From: a virus
Length of the DNA: 26,392 bases
Strand: one strand, 5' to 3'
Virus record (IMG/VR): IMGVR_UViG_3300045988_023824
Location: 1 to 26,392 of that record
The notes below the pieces were generated by a model that saw nothing but the letters and a program-made list of their open reading frames with translations, was not told the origin of the DNA and searched no databases. The number at the start of each line of letters is the position of its first letter. Positions within the stretch are counted from its first letter, which is position 1. Positions 1 through 11,292 of this stretch are shown here, piece after piece. The position numbers were made by a program, and so were the translations under genes.

Positions 1-326
1 TTTTTTTTTGTAAACTTATTGCAAGTATCAACGCTGAGTACCCTACACTCTTCGGAAAGGGAGATGAAGAAGAGACTAAGGAAAACCAAGGACAAACTGG
101 AAAGGAGGAAACTTCTGAAGAGCTTAATACAGACGAGACGATTAATCCTTTTACTCAAAAATGAAGCTGAATTATCTGAATAGATAAGGTGAGTGAAGTT
201 ACCAGATTTAATTGGCATCAGATATATGATATGCAGATTAAAGAGTTCCTGAATCTTATATGCTATGTTATAGATAAAGCTAATGAAGAAAATAGACAGA
301 TTGAAGAATGAAAAAGAAAACATTAA
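1..326 (+). CDS. C-terminal part of a late-region protein of unknown function (5' end outside window); readable only with TGA=Trp
   Basis: Codon phase 3,6,9... has no TAA/TAG from the window edge to TAA 324-326. Four in-frame TGAs (162,168,177,309) give ...PFTQKWSWIIWIDKVSEVTRFNWHQIYDMQIKEFLNLICYVIDKANEENRQIEEWKRKH. No family recognised. Confidence 0.5.
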
Positions 327-350
327 CTGTAACCTTTTTACTCATATTTG

Positions 351-377
351 GTACTAAGATAATATAAAAAAGTTACA
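351..377 (+). promoter_or_regulatory. Degenerate copy of the recurring intergenic motif (GTACT-N8-ATAAAAAAGTTACA)
   Basis: GTACTAAGATAATATAAAAAAGTTACA matches about 19 of 28 positions of GTACTTTGAGTGAGTAAAAAACTTGACA at 18732-18759. Like the other copies it is intergenic, plus-oriented and followed by a hairpin. Confidence 0.3.
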
Positions 378-380
378 TAT

Positions 381-407
381 AAAATAGGGAGTAAACCTCC
401 CTATTTT
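381..407. terminator. Intrinsic-terminator-like hairpin
   Basis: Perfect 11-bp stem AAAATAGGGAG / CTCCCTATTTT with loop TAAAC, flanked by A and T tracts, between TAA 324-326 and ATG 448. Confidence 0.6.
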
Positions 408-447
408 CATTAGCTACTAATATATAAAATAATATATTTTAACAAAA

Positions 448-936
448 ATGAATATTCAAGAATTAAAGTTCTCAAATTTAAGTGAGCTATTAAGAAAGTG
501 AGGAGATCTTATAATTTCTCTTTATAGACAGGAATTAGTTAAAACCAGATCTGATGACACTGGAGCATTAGGTAATAGTTTAAACTATATAGTTGAGACT
601 CAGGATGGAGACTATGAGGTTAATTTTAGCTTATTAGATTATTGAGAATATGTTGAAGAAGGCAGAGCTGCTGGTAAATTTCCTCCATTATCTGATATAA
701 AGAGTTGGATTAAAACTAAGCCAGTAATTCCAAGACCTTATAATGGCAAGTTACCTACTGTAGATCAACTTGCATATTTAATTGGAAGAAAGATACATCT
801 TCAAGGAACTCAAGGAAAACATCCACTTGCTAATACTCTAGAATATATAGAGAACAATTATATGGAACTTCTTGATGATGCTATAACTAAAGACTTACAA
901 GGACAAGTAGATTATTATTTATTTAAAGACTTTTAA
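448..936 (+). CDS. HK97 gp10-like tail-completion / head-tail joining protein, 162 aa (2 in-frame TGA)
   Basis: ATG 448, TAA 934-936, TGA at 499 and 643; checked codon by codon. DTGALGNSL ... LLDYWEYVEEGRAAGKFPP resembles the DTGxLrxS ... YaxyVEyGt signature of the HK97 gp10 family. Missing from the standard-code track because it is cut into three short pieces. Confidence 0.55.
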
Positions 937-938
937 AA

Positions 939-3119
939 ATGACATTTATACCAAGTAAATTAGGAATACCAAGAAGTACAGGAACATATCCTGTTAAATG
1001 GGAAAATCCAGGATGAGGTCTTACAGGAGTATATGATTATTGGCTATGAGGAGATGACTATTCAGAAGAGGGTCCATTAGATGTTACTATTTCTAATGCA
1101 AGTACAAGTGGTTGTACTATTAACTTTACAAATCCCTCAACTATTACAACAGACTCTTCTACAATATTTAGATTTTATCCAAAAGGACTGACTACTGCTC
1201 AATTAGAAGATACTATGCCAGTTTATCTTCATAGTAAAGCCCCTGGATATTATCCTGCAAATGGCAGTATAACAGTGCCTAATACTGGAGGTACTTATAC
1301 TGTTGAATATATATTAAGTAGAGCAGATATTATTAAATGAACTTGTGATGTAGTAAATGCTACTGCTTTAGTGAGTGTTGAGGTATTAGAATGAGATTCC
1401 TGCTCTATTAAGTTTAAGATTACAGTAAATGCTAATACTCAATGAAATACAGATTTAACTGGAACTATCCAATTAGGAGCTTATTATGAAACTAATAAGT
1501 TTATTTCTTATAGTTATGGCTTTACTATTGAAAAAAGCAATACTCCAGAAGATTTAAAGTTAGTAGTTACTCCATCATCTGGAACTTATGGAGCATCTGC
1601 TTTTGTTACTGAAGAATTCCATTTAAGTACAACTAAAGCAGAAGAAACAATTACCTCATTTAATGTTACCTGCCCTCAAGCTAGTGATATTAAAAAGGAT
1701 ATTGTTGATAACTATTTTGTATTAACTGTTCCAGAGAATAAAACTACTAATAATTTAGAGTTTAGTGCAATGGTTACTGCAACAACTTCTGGAGGTTATA
1801 CTCTTGAAGCTACAGTTCCAATTAAACAAGCTGCAACATCTTTAGTGATTCCTAATACTAATTATGAAGTAAGTTGAACTGCATCTACATTAAATATAAT
1901 TGGTACAGGCTCAAATAACTTAGATGATGTTGTATTTAGTATTCCTGTAGGTTGGATTAGTGGTCAGAAGTTCTCTGTGAATCCTCAAGGTGTAGCAACT
2001 ATTAGTTTGAACATTGCAGAAAATTCAGGTTTATCTTCTAGACAAGCAACTATTGGAGTATCTGTTATAAAGAATAGTTCAAGTATTATTAATTTATCTA
2101 TTAATATTACACAATCTGTTAAATCTGATATATCTCCTATTTGGAAAGATTATGTTTGGGAAGAAATTATCAGTTCTGATTTTATTGAATATCATCTAGA
2201 TTATGCAGGAGAAATGGTGTATGCAGGTAAAGCTTATAAATATCCTGAAACTGATAGAGTAGAGTTTTTATTAAATAATGTTGCTGAAAATTATCTATCT
2301 AATGGTATTATATTTAATACTTCTAAAACTATAATATCTCCAGAATATTTGAAACCATTTACTTTGATAACATCTAGTGGAAATGAAAAACCAATTACTT
2401 TCTTCAATGACTGGAGTTATAAAGATAGAGATCTAACTAAAGGCACTATGTTAAGTGATCCTATTACTGGTTTAGTTGATCCCAGGCAGTATTTAGTATC
2501 AAGTTGAATTCTACCAACTGGAACTGGAGTTATTAATAGATTCTTTTATATAGATGGAGTACAATCTGTTATGGATATTAGTTTAAATTCTGGAATTAAT
2601 GGATATACATATACAGAAGATTTAAGTAATAAATTATGGCCTTGTGGAAGCTATTTAATAGTAGGATTTGTAGAAGGTGGAAATATTAGTGATAGACAGA
2701 TTAGATATGATATAGATACTACAGGTAAAGATTATGTATTATATTATACTAATTCAGCAGGTGGATGGGATTCATTACTTGTTGAGGGTAATGTTAAAAA
2801 GAATGATGAGATTAAATCTGAAACATATACTCGTAAGGTATTAAATACATCACAAGAGTTTGCAAGAAATAAGTATTTGAATACTATAACTTCAAGCTGG
2901 ATTCTTTATACTGGTTATTTAAATGATATTCAAGCTTCTAAGATGTTTAATCTAATTGAGAGTACTAAAGTATATTTGCATAATCTTAAAGATAATACTA
3001 TCACTCCAGTATTGATTACTGATACAAATTGCGAATATAAAACTTATACTAATCAAGGTAAAAACAAGTTCTATTATACAATTAATGTAGAAGCTTCTCA
3101 AGATACTTATCGTAAATAA
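939..3119 (+). CDS. 726-aa tail/baseplate-associated protein with BACON-like Ig domains (7 in-frame TGA)
   Basis: ATG 939 to TAA 3117-3119. Track ORFs 1977-2507 and 2571-3119 are in the same phase, and 942-1976 has no TAA/TAG (checked by codon). TGA at 1014,1047,1338,1392,1443,1875,2505. The segment VGWISGQKFSVNPQGVATISLNIAENSGLSSRQATIGVSV (about 1947-2066) looks like a BACON/Ig domain. Confidence 0.6.
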
Positions 3120-3121
3120 TT

Positions 3122-6100
3122 ATGAGAAAGAATATAAAACTATTTATTGCAAATAAAGAGGTTGACTGTAGTGAGGGAATTAGTCTTCCTATAACTTATA
3201 CAGTTGAGGATTTCCAAAACCCCACTATAGTCAAGAACTCGTTTAGTAAAACGATTTCTATACCTGGCACAAAGAATAATAATAAGATTTTTGGAGAGAT
3301 TTATAAGTTAGATAGATTTCTCCATATAAAAGAAGGTAATTTCTCTGGAGTATATTTTGATCCTTCAAAACGAGTTGATTTTGGAATTTATAATAATGGG
3401 TATTTAGTTGAATCTGGATATATGCAATTAAATAGTATATCTATAAAACAAGCTGTCATTACTTATAATATTACTTTATATGGAGGATTAGGAGATTTCT
3501 TTTATGGACTTAAATATAAAGAAGATGGTACTATTAGGACTCTTGCTGATTTACAATACTTTGTAACTGATGAAGATGGAAATACACTTCCTGCTGATAC
3601 TGAACTTAATTTTTATATTAACAAAGATTTTGTAAATACTTGTTTTGACTGAAGTAAAACGAATGAAGGAAGTCAAATATATGATTATTTGACATTTATT
3701 CCAGCATATAATGGTTTATATGAAAACTTTGATAATGAAACTTGTTTAATAAATACTAATGAAAATAGCATATTTCCTACTAGTAAGACAGATTCAGGAG
3801 TTACATATACACCTTATAATGGGTATGGATTAGCTAAATTAAATAGAGCATATACAGAATGAGAGATGAGAGATCTTAGAAGTTATATGCAGAGACCAGC
3901 TTTAAAATTGAGTAAGTTAATTGAAACTATCTGTAGAAAAGAAAATTCTGGATATGATGTTATAATGGACCCAGATTTCTTTAATTACTCAAATCCATAT
4001 TGAAATAAAGCATTTGTTGCATTGCCTTTATTAGGATCTACTGAAGATGAAGAATCAGATAATATTACAGAGAATGCCAAACTTACTAAATATAATGATT
4101 TATTTTGGTGCGGATTAAAACCTGGAGGAACAACTACTTCAGTAAACTGGGGTAGATTTAGTGTTACAGGGAGTGATGTAATAGTTCCTGGGGAAGGTCA
4201 AGTAATTGATTTATCTGCAACTCCTGCTAATACTCTTGTTAATATTAATGTTGATTTTCAGCTATTTTATAATGCAAATGTTTCAGCAGGTAATGATTTA
4301 TATTTATCTTATGTAAGGAACGGAAGAGCTGGAAATATAGATTATAGGAATGATCCTTACAGAACATCAGTAACAGCACAGATATTGATATATGATGCTG
4401 AAGATATTTCATCTCCTAGTAGACCTATAGCATACTCTCCTTTATATAACTTTACAAATAAGATAAACACTCAAGTTCAATCAGGACCTGGAACTTGGTT
4501 TAATTATTATCCATTAACTGATGCGCCTGTAGAAGCTATTTTTGGTCACTTTGTAAAAGATAGTGGAAATAGGTATTATTTTAAAAGTGATAATAATACT
4601 AATACTTTCAGATTTACTGTAAAAGATATGCCTAAAGTCAATAAGATTTTAGTGAATATACAAATTGCAAGAAGAACTGAGAATTTATACAATCAAGATG
4701 CAGTATGACAATCAGATAATATGCATCCTAATAATGTCACAGCAAATAGAGTGGCTGGATGGTCAGAATTTTTATATGATGAAACTCAATATACATTAAA
4801 GGCTTCTTGGCCTTCAGCAGTTACTTCTGATGCTTTAATTACTAAGCAGAAATTATTAAAGACAGAACAATCTCCTGTTGATTACTTGTTAAGTTATGCA
4901 AAACTATTTGGATTATATTTTACAAAAGATATTGACAGTAAAACAATTAGAATATATACTAGAAATAATTTCTTTAAGAATATAATCTCTGATTGGAGTA
5001 AAAGGATTGATTATTCTAAAGACTTCAATGTAAATCCAATATTATTTGATAAGAAGTGATACACTATGTCATTAGAAACTCCAGAAACATATTATGCCAA
5101 GAAATATGATAGACAATATGATATAGATTATGGTCAGCAAAGATTAAACACTGGATATAATTTTAATAGTGATAATACTGATTTATATTCTGGAAATATA
5201 TTTCAAAATGTAGTATCCGCAAGAGATGCAGATAAGTATTTTAGAAATTTCTTTAATTCTGGAAATACTTATGTACCTGCATTTATGAATGATAATATTA
5301 CATATAGTTTATTTAATAGAACTTCTACAGAAGTAAAGACTAATGATCAGGATTTATATGGAGCTAATTTTATAGATCAAGGTAAGACTACAGAATGGTG
5401 GGATGTTCCTGGAAATGATATATTTGCAAAAACTTGTTTTTATACATTAGATAATAATGAACAAAGTCTTGAAGAGATAAAAAGTGCTTTATTATTTTAT
5501 AATGATGATGTTAATATGCAGGATATAAATGGAAATCCTATTTATTATTGGATTACTGATGATGTTACAGAAATGTCAGTTCTTAATGATGGAGAACCTT
5601 GTTATATCTATACTAATAGTGAAAATAATTCTGCAGGACAAAAAATAGCTATTAGAAGAAACATATTACCACAATTTATAAGATACACTATTTCTAGTAA
5701 TTTTATATCTTCATCTTGAGATTTTGGGGTTCCAAGAGAAATATACATTGATAAAGTTAGTTATTTAGAACAATCTACTTTATATAGTAGATTCTGGAGT
5801 GAATTTTATAATGATCAATTTGATGTAAATACTAAAAAAGTTACCTGCTTTGTAAGATTGGATGATTTAGATGTTAAGTATGATTTACTTAGACAGTTCT
5901 ATTATTTTGAAGATTCTTACTGGATACTTAATAAGATTGATGCTTATGATATTAATTCAGATTCTACAGTTAGATGTGAATTTATTAAAGTTCAAGATAT
6001 TAATAGTTATTTAGCTGGAGTTCAAAATCTAGGTGAATATATATCATTTGATGATTCAGATCCAGTTGTAGATTATAAAGCTGGGACTAAAAAGATTACA

Positions 6101-6562
6101 GTTACTTCTAATATTCCTTGAGAATTAGGATGATATAGTCCAAATGAAATTGTAAGCATTACACCTGAATCTGGGCAACCTGGAGAAACAGAATTAACAG
6201 TTACTTATAATGAGAATACTAAATATGACCAAAGAAGTTTCTACTTTAGTCTTTATAAACAAGGAGGCGTAGGTGGCCCTCAATGTATGTTTACTCAAAC
6301 TCCAGACCCAAATAAAACTATTCTTATTACAGGAAAGCTTCAAACTTCTACTGGAGGTATTCCTTCTGGTGTTAATCAGATTCTAACTGAAAATGATAAT
6401 TTCTTAAATGTCACTTATATGAGAGATGATGGAAGTTATAGAATATATGCTCAAAATGGAGTTCAATTTTTATTTAGAGTATCTGACGGACCAACAGGAA
6501 CAATTAAATATACAGAGAATTTAACACTAACAGAAGATACTGTTAAAAATATTACAATCTAA
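3122..6562 (+). CDS. 1146-aa large tail/baseplate structural protein with C-terminal Ig/BACON-like segment (8 in-frame TGA)
   Basis: Track ORFs 3122, 4022, 4721, 5066, 5858 and 6287 all share phase 2. All gaps were checked by codon and contain no TAA/TAG. TGA at 3650,3860,4001,4706,5057,5717,6119,6131; ends at TAA 6560-6562. Call rests on size, position and ITPESGQPGETELTVTYNENTKYDQRSFYFSL (6158-6253). Confidence 0.6.
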
Positions 6563-9234
6563 TGGCACAAACAGAAATTAAAAAGGTTATTAGTATTGAT
6601 ACTAAGTCAAGTAATAAGTCAATAAACTCTTTAAAGAAGGATATTGATGCGTTATCTAGTTCTCTGAATGATTTAGAGATTGGTACTAAGGAATATAATG
6701 AAACTCTTGCATTACTAGGTAAAAGACAATCAGAGTTCAATAAGATTAATGAGCAGATAGCAAGATCTTCAAGAACTACTGCTCAAAGGTTTGAAAGTGT
6801 AGCTAAAATATCCACTGGGTTGGCCAGTGGATATGGAGCTGCAACAGCTGCCATTACTTTATTTGGGAAAGAATCAGAGGATTTAAATAAAGTAATGATT
6901 AAACTACAGTCTACTATAGCATTAGTGCAGGGAGTTGGCGGTTTAAAAGATTTATTAGAAGAATTGCCCACTTTAGGTAATTGGTTTAAGAAATTAACTG
7001 ATTTTATTTCCCCATTTAATACAGGATTGAATAATGCTGCCAAAAACCTTAATCAGATTGATACATCTAAGCTTAATAGCATTGGCACATCTGTTGGTAA
7101 TGTTGGAACTGAATTAGGTAATATCTCTAAAGTAGTCAAGGATCTAGAAGGCACCAATATTAATTTTAAAGGAGGTATGATTCAAGGAGTAATGGGCACT
7201 CCTGCTGAAATATCTGCTACTAATAAGAGTGTATCTAATACGATTCCGATTATAGGTAAATTAAATGATAGTACTAAAGAAGTTCGTAATAGTATAGCTG
7301 TAACCAATGAGCAATTAGAAAGACTAAAAAGAAATTCTCCTGGGATAGCTGCTGCTCTTAATAAGCAAGCTGAAGCATCTAATGCAGCTGCTAAAGGTGC
7401 TGCAGAATTAGCTTCTGGCGTAAGTAAAGTTAAAACTGCACTTAAAACTATTGGTAATGTAACTGTATGAATTGCATTGGCTACAGCTATTGGAGTAGCC
7501 ATTAATAAGATAATAGAGTATATATCCTCAATAAAATCAGCTGAAAAGGAGGCTGCTGAATTTAGAAAGTCTATTACAGATACTACTAATCAGATTGCTT
7601 CTAAATCTATAGCTATCTTTAGAGAGTTACAAATAGCTTACGAAAGGGTTGGAGATTCTGCAGATGCTAAGCGTAAGTTTATAGAGCAGTATTCAGATAA
7701 GATTAAAGAGACTGGTTTAAATATTACTGATGTAAAGACTGCAGAAGATGCGTTTGTAAATAATACTGGTAATTATGTAGAAGCATTAACCGCAAGAGCA
7801 AAAGCTCAGGCTATTGAACAGGCTGCAATTAAGCTTTATGAGGAGTATTTAAACAAACGTACTGAACTGGAGAATCAAATTTCTGATACAAGTTTTGGAG
7901 AGGCATCTGCTTGGCAGGCTTTTAAAGCTACAGCAATGTTCTGAAAAGATTATTCTAATACTATTTATGAGTACACTAAGAAAAATAAAGAGAATACTTA
8001 TAAACAGTTGGATGATTTAAATAAAGACATTGAGAAAAGGCTTAAAAAGCTATTTGAGGATGTAGCAGATACTAATAAAAAGTATGGTGGGTTCTTTAAT
8101 ATTCCAACTATTACAAAGAACACTACTGAAGCTAAGAAGGTAATTAATGAATTTGATGAATGGCTTCAAAAGAGATTAGAGGATAAAGACCCAGTAGATG
8201 AACTTGAAGATGAATATATTAGACTATTAGCACTAGCTATTAAAAATAATAGAAGTCTTGAAGAAGTTGAGGCTTGGCATCAAGAAGAGCTGAAGAAAAT
8301 TAGAGATAAGGCTAGAGAAGATGAAGAAAATGCAAGAAAAAGTGCTGCAGATAAAGCTTGAGATGATCTTCAGACTGAATTAAAAAGAATGCGCGAGGCA
8401 AGGTATGATATAAAAGATACATCTTTAGAAATTCCTAAAACTCAATATACACAAGGATTTGCCAAAATATTTGGATTAAGCGGTGAGTTCTCTTATTCAA
8501 GCAAAAAAGACATAGAGGGATATAAAGATCGTTTATTAGGAACAGATACTGAAGAAGGTTCTATAGATAAATATCATAATCAAATAAAAACAAGATTGGA
8601 GGAGCAGAAGTCTTTTCTATTAAAACAATTAGAAAATGAGACTTTAACAGCTGATCAGAGAAAACTTATTAAACTAGAATTAGATTCTATTGATGAGCAA
8701 TTAACTGAAAATGAAATAGACAGAGAAAATAAGAAAAACAAAGTTAGAGAAAATGTTAATAAACAATATCAAGAATCTATAAAAGCTCGTCTTGATCTAG
8801 CATCAAAGGTTGCAGGAAGTATGGCAACTATATGGGGAGAGGAAAGTAAAGTAGGTAAAGGATTTGCAACAGCTCAAGCTTTAATTGATACATATAGTGC
8901 AGCTAACAGTGCTTATTCTGCAATGGCAGGAATTCCAATTGTTGGTCCAGCTTTAGGTGCAGCCGCTGCTGCTGCAGCAATTGCTGCGGGTATAGCTAAT
9001 GTTAAAAAGATCTGGGAAGTAGACGAAACTAGTGGTGCATCTGCTTCAGGAGCATCAGCATCAGTATCTGCTCCAGCTGCTTTAAATACAGCTCCTGTTG
9101 AATATACTCGCAACCTATTAGGAGATAAAGAAACTGACCTTTTAAACGAACCAGTTAAATGTTATGTAGTTGAGAGTGATATTACTACTGCTCAAACTAA
9201 AGTTGCAGTTACAGAATCAAATGCAAGTTTCTAA
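6562..9234 (+). CDS. 890-aa coiled-coil tape-measure-like or internal ejection protein (3 in-frame TGA)
   Basis: The start overlaps the previous stop (TAATG). Track ORFs 6562, 7477, 8008 and 8389 are co-phased; TGA at 7468,7942,8359. Long heptad-like K/E-rich stretches and a Gly/Ala-rich hydrophobic segment GIPIVGPALGAAAAAAAIAAGIANV near the C-terminus. Confidence 0.55.
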
Positions 9235-9254
9235 AGTGAGTAAAATTTATGACA
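9235..9254 (+). promoter_or_regulatory. Variant copy of the conserved intergenic motif (AGTGAGTAAAATTTATGACA)
   Basis: Starts directly after TAA 9232-9234. Shares AGTGAGTAAAA...TGACA with the 18740 and 26169 copies and is followed directly by hairpin 9255-9298. Confidence 0.4.
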
Positions 9255-9298
9255 CACTACTATGTAAGTTGCTGATTATCAGTGCTTATATAGTAGTG
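9255..9298 (+). terminator. Long compound hairpin (possible terminator or RNA structure)
   Basis: The 14-nt arms CACTACTATGTAAG (9255-9268) and CTTATATAGTAGTG (9285-9298) pair with one G-U. The loop holds a nested palindrome, CTGAT T ATCAG. No clean U-tract follows. Confidence 0.4.
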
Positions 9299-9332
9299 CT
9301 ATGTCAAAATTTATTTATCTTAGATACAAATT

Positions 9333-9349
9333 TGAGTAAAAACTTGACA
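9333..9349 (+). promoter_or_regulatory. Copy of the conserved intergenic motif core (TGAGTAAAAACTTGACA)
   Basis: Identical to the 18742-18759 and 26171-26188 core apart from one fewer A. Lies 80 nt upstream of the head-module start (ATG 9429). Confidence 0.45.
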
Positions 9350-9428
9350 TTTGATAGTATATAAATATATAAAAATAAAAGATTGTAACAATATTACATT
9401 TTTAAAATAGCTTATATATTAATAAAAA

Positions 9429-10022
9429 ATGGAAAAAATGTATAATGATCTTCCATTATATCAAGCAATTATTGCTGATGATTGTGATGGAATAGAGTTC
9501 GTAGCATTGACCAGTAAACCTGCAACCCAAGTTAATTGGCTTGCTTTTGGGGAATCTCAGAAGTTCTCGATGGATGAAGAAAAACATATAGTTACTTCTT
9601 GTTTAATGGTATGTGATATACCTATATTTAGACGGGATAGTAAAAACGGAGAATATTATATTCAATATGATAAAGAAACTCTCCGTTTAATGGCTGAAAA
9701 AATGATGTATGATAAGAGAACTACTGATGTAAATATTGAACATTTGGAAGATTCAGTAATTCCTGGAATAATTCTTCAAGAACTATATATTAAAGATATA
9801 GATAGAGGAATTAATCCAGTTGAATTTGCTGATTGTCCAGATGGTTCATTATTTGCTACTTATAAAGTAAATAATCCTGTTATATGGGATGCAATTAAAG
9901 CTGGCAAGTTTAAAGGGTTCTCTATTGAGGGATTGTTTACTTTAGAAAGACAATCTGATGAATATGAGGAACTTAAAGAGATTCAAAAAATGTTGAGAAA
10001 AATAAAAAGAATTAAACATTAA
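9429..10022 (+). CDS. Putative prohead protease, XkdF-like, 197 aa
   Basis: Intact standard-code ORF with no TGA. Sits directly upstream of the scaffold-like and capsid-like genes. VALTSKPATQ ... VNIEH pattern is reminiscent of XkdF-type phage proteases. Recognised by eye only. Confidence 0.45.
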   Translation: MEKMYNDLPLYQAIIADDCDGIEFVALTSKPATQVNWLAFGESQKFSMDEEKHIVTSCLMVCDIPIFRRDSKNGEYYIQYDKETLRLMAEKMMYDKRTTDVNIEHLEDSVIPGIILQELYIKDIDRGINPVEFADCPDGSLFATYKVNNPVIWDAIKAGKFKGFSIEGLFTLERQSDEYEELKEIQKMLRKIKRIKH

Positions 10023-10028
10023 TTAATT

Positions 10029-10640
10029 ATGAGTAAATTCACAAAAATTAAACTTGAGTTAGCTAAGATGCTTGCAAAGTTCAGTGATGTTAAAACTGAC
10101 AAGGCTGTGCTTACTTGGGATTCAGATGAGGATCTGAGAGAAGGTATGGATGTTTATGTAGCTGATGAAAATGGCGAATATGCACCTGCTGCTGATGGTG
10201 AGTATGTTACCGAAGATGGCAAAACGATTGTTGTTAAAGACGGTAAAGTAGAGTCCATTACTGATCCTAAAGCTGAAGTAGATCCAGAAGAAGCAGCTAA
10301 AGCAGAAGTTGATGCTGCTTGTGGGAAACGCAAGGTAGAAACTGCTGAAGAGCCAGTTGATCCTGAAGTAGCTACTGATGGTGACAAAGAAACTGTAACT
10401 GATGCAATTGATGCAATTCATCGCGAAATTAATGAGCTTTATGACATTGTTGATAAGCTTGTTAAGAAAGTAGCTGAATTAGAGGGTAAATCTGAAGCTA
10501 CAGAAAAGACGGTTGAAAAGATGAGCAAAATGAGTGCTGCATTTTCAGCTGAGGAACAGATAGAAGGCAAAGCTTCAATAATGACTGGTAATCCTGTCAT
10601 TGATAAAAAGCTTAAAAATATCCAAGGAATGTTTGAGTAA
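10029..10640 (+). CDS. Putative scaffolding protein, 203 aa, acidic coiled coil
   Basis: Intact ORF, highly acidic (D/E-rich), with predicted helical ends. Lies between the protease-like and capsid-like genes. Confidence 0.5.
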   Translation: MSKFTKIKLELAKMLAKFSDVKTDKAVLTWDSDEDLREGMDVYVADENGEYAPAADGEYVTEDGKTIVVKDGKVESITDPKAEVDPEEAAKAEVDAACGKRKVETAEEPVDPEVATDGDKETVTDAIDAIHREINELYDIVDKLVKKVAELEGKSEATEKTVEKMSKMSAAFSAEEQIEGKASIMTGNPVIDKKLKNIQGMFE

Positions 10641-11278
10641 TGTACCATTATATTTATGAAATTCAGCCTTTAATGCCTGGATGGGAAAACACTTACTATA
10701 TAGGCAAGCATAGTACTGATGAAGATCCATTTAATAATAGCTATGCAGGAAGTGGCACTATTCTTACTAATTACTATAGTAAATATGGCAAGATTAAAGA
10801 TGTTACTTACAGAAAAGTTATAATTGAATTTAATGATTCTTCAAAAGATAATGCTTTAAGAGAAGCTGATATTATAGGCGATTGTTATAACACCGATAAG
10901 AGATGTTTAAATCTTAAACCAGGAGGTTATGGAGGAATGACTCCAGAAATAGCTATTAAAATATCAGAATCTTGCAAAGGTCGTAATCCCTGAAATAAAC
11001 ACAAAACGGGAGTATATAATGCTGAAACTACAGAAAGACTTAAAAATATAGCTATAAATAGAGAGTTTACTTCAGAGACAAGAAAAAAGATGTCTGAATC
11101 TCATATAAATAAAGGTATAAAATCAATCATTATGCTAGATTTAGAAGGAAATATAATTAAAACTTATCCTTCAATTAAAAATGCTGTTTTAGATGGATAC
11201 TGTAAAAGCTCTATTCTTAGAGTATTAAACGGAAAATATAAACAGCATAAAGGTAAAATATTTAAGTATAACAATTAA
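10640..11278 (+). CDS. GIY-YIG homing endonuclease, 212 aa (1 in-frame TGA)
   Basis: Track ORFs 10640-10993 and 11090-11278 are co-phased, the gap has no TAA/TAG, and TGA is at 10991. HYIYEI...YYIGK (GIY...YIG), CLNLKPGGYGG, NUMOD3-like SETRKKMSESH, and a C-terminal DNA-binding tail ending KGKIFKYNN. Start overlaps the scaffold stop (TAATG). Confidence 0.8.
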
Positions 11279-11292
11279 AAAAATTTTTAAGT

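Noticed and set aside
6552-7502. Minus-strand ORFs 6552-6740, 6783-7043 and 7182-7502
   Set aside because: They are antisense shadows inside the 6562-9234 gene, with low-complexity translations, no plausible starts or coupling, and full overlap with a much longer coherent frame.
9343-9349. TTGACA of the conserved motif as a sigma70-type -35 box
   Set aside because: In the 18759 and 26188 copies the sequence 17 bp downstream is hairpin stem, not a -10 box. Only the 9349 copy has an AT-rich hexamer at the right distance, which is unremarkable in this composition. The host signals also point to Bacteroidota, whose promoters differ.
8913-10648. ORFs 8913-9113(-), 9170-9364(+), 10122-10421(-), 10154-10387(-) and 10439-10648(-)
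   Set aside because: They are antisense or out-of-phase shadows of the tape-measure-like and scaffold genes. 9170-9364 runs from coding sequence into the intergenic motif and hairpin region.
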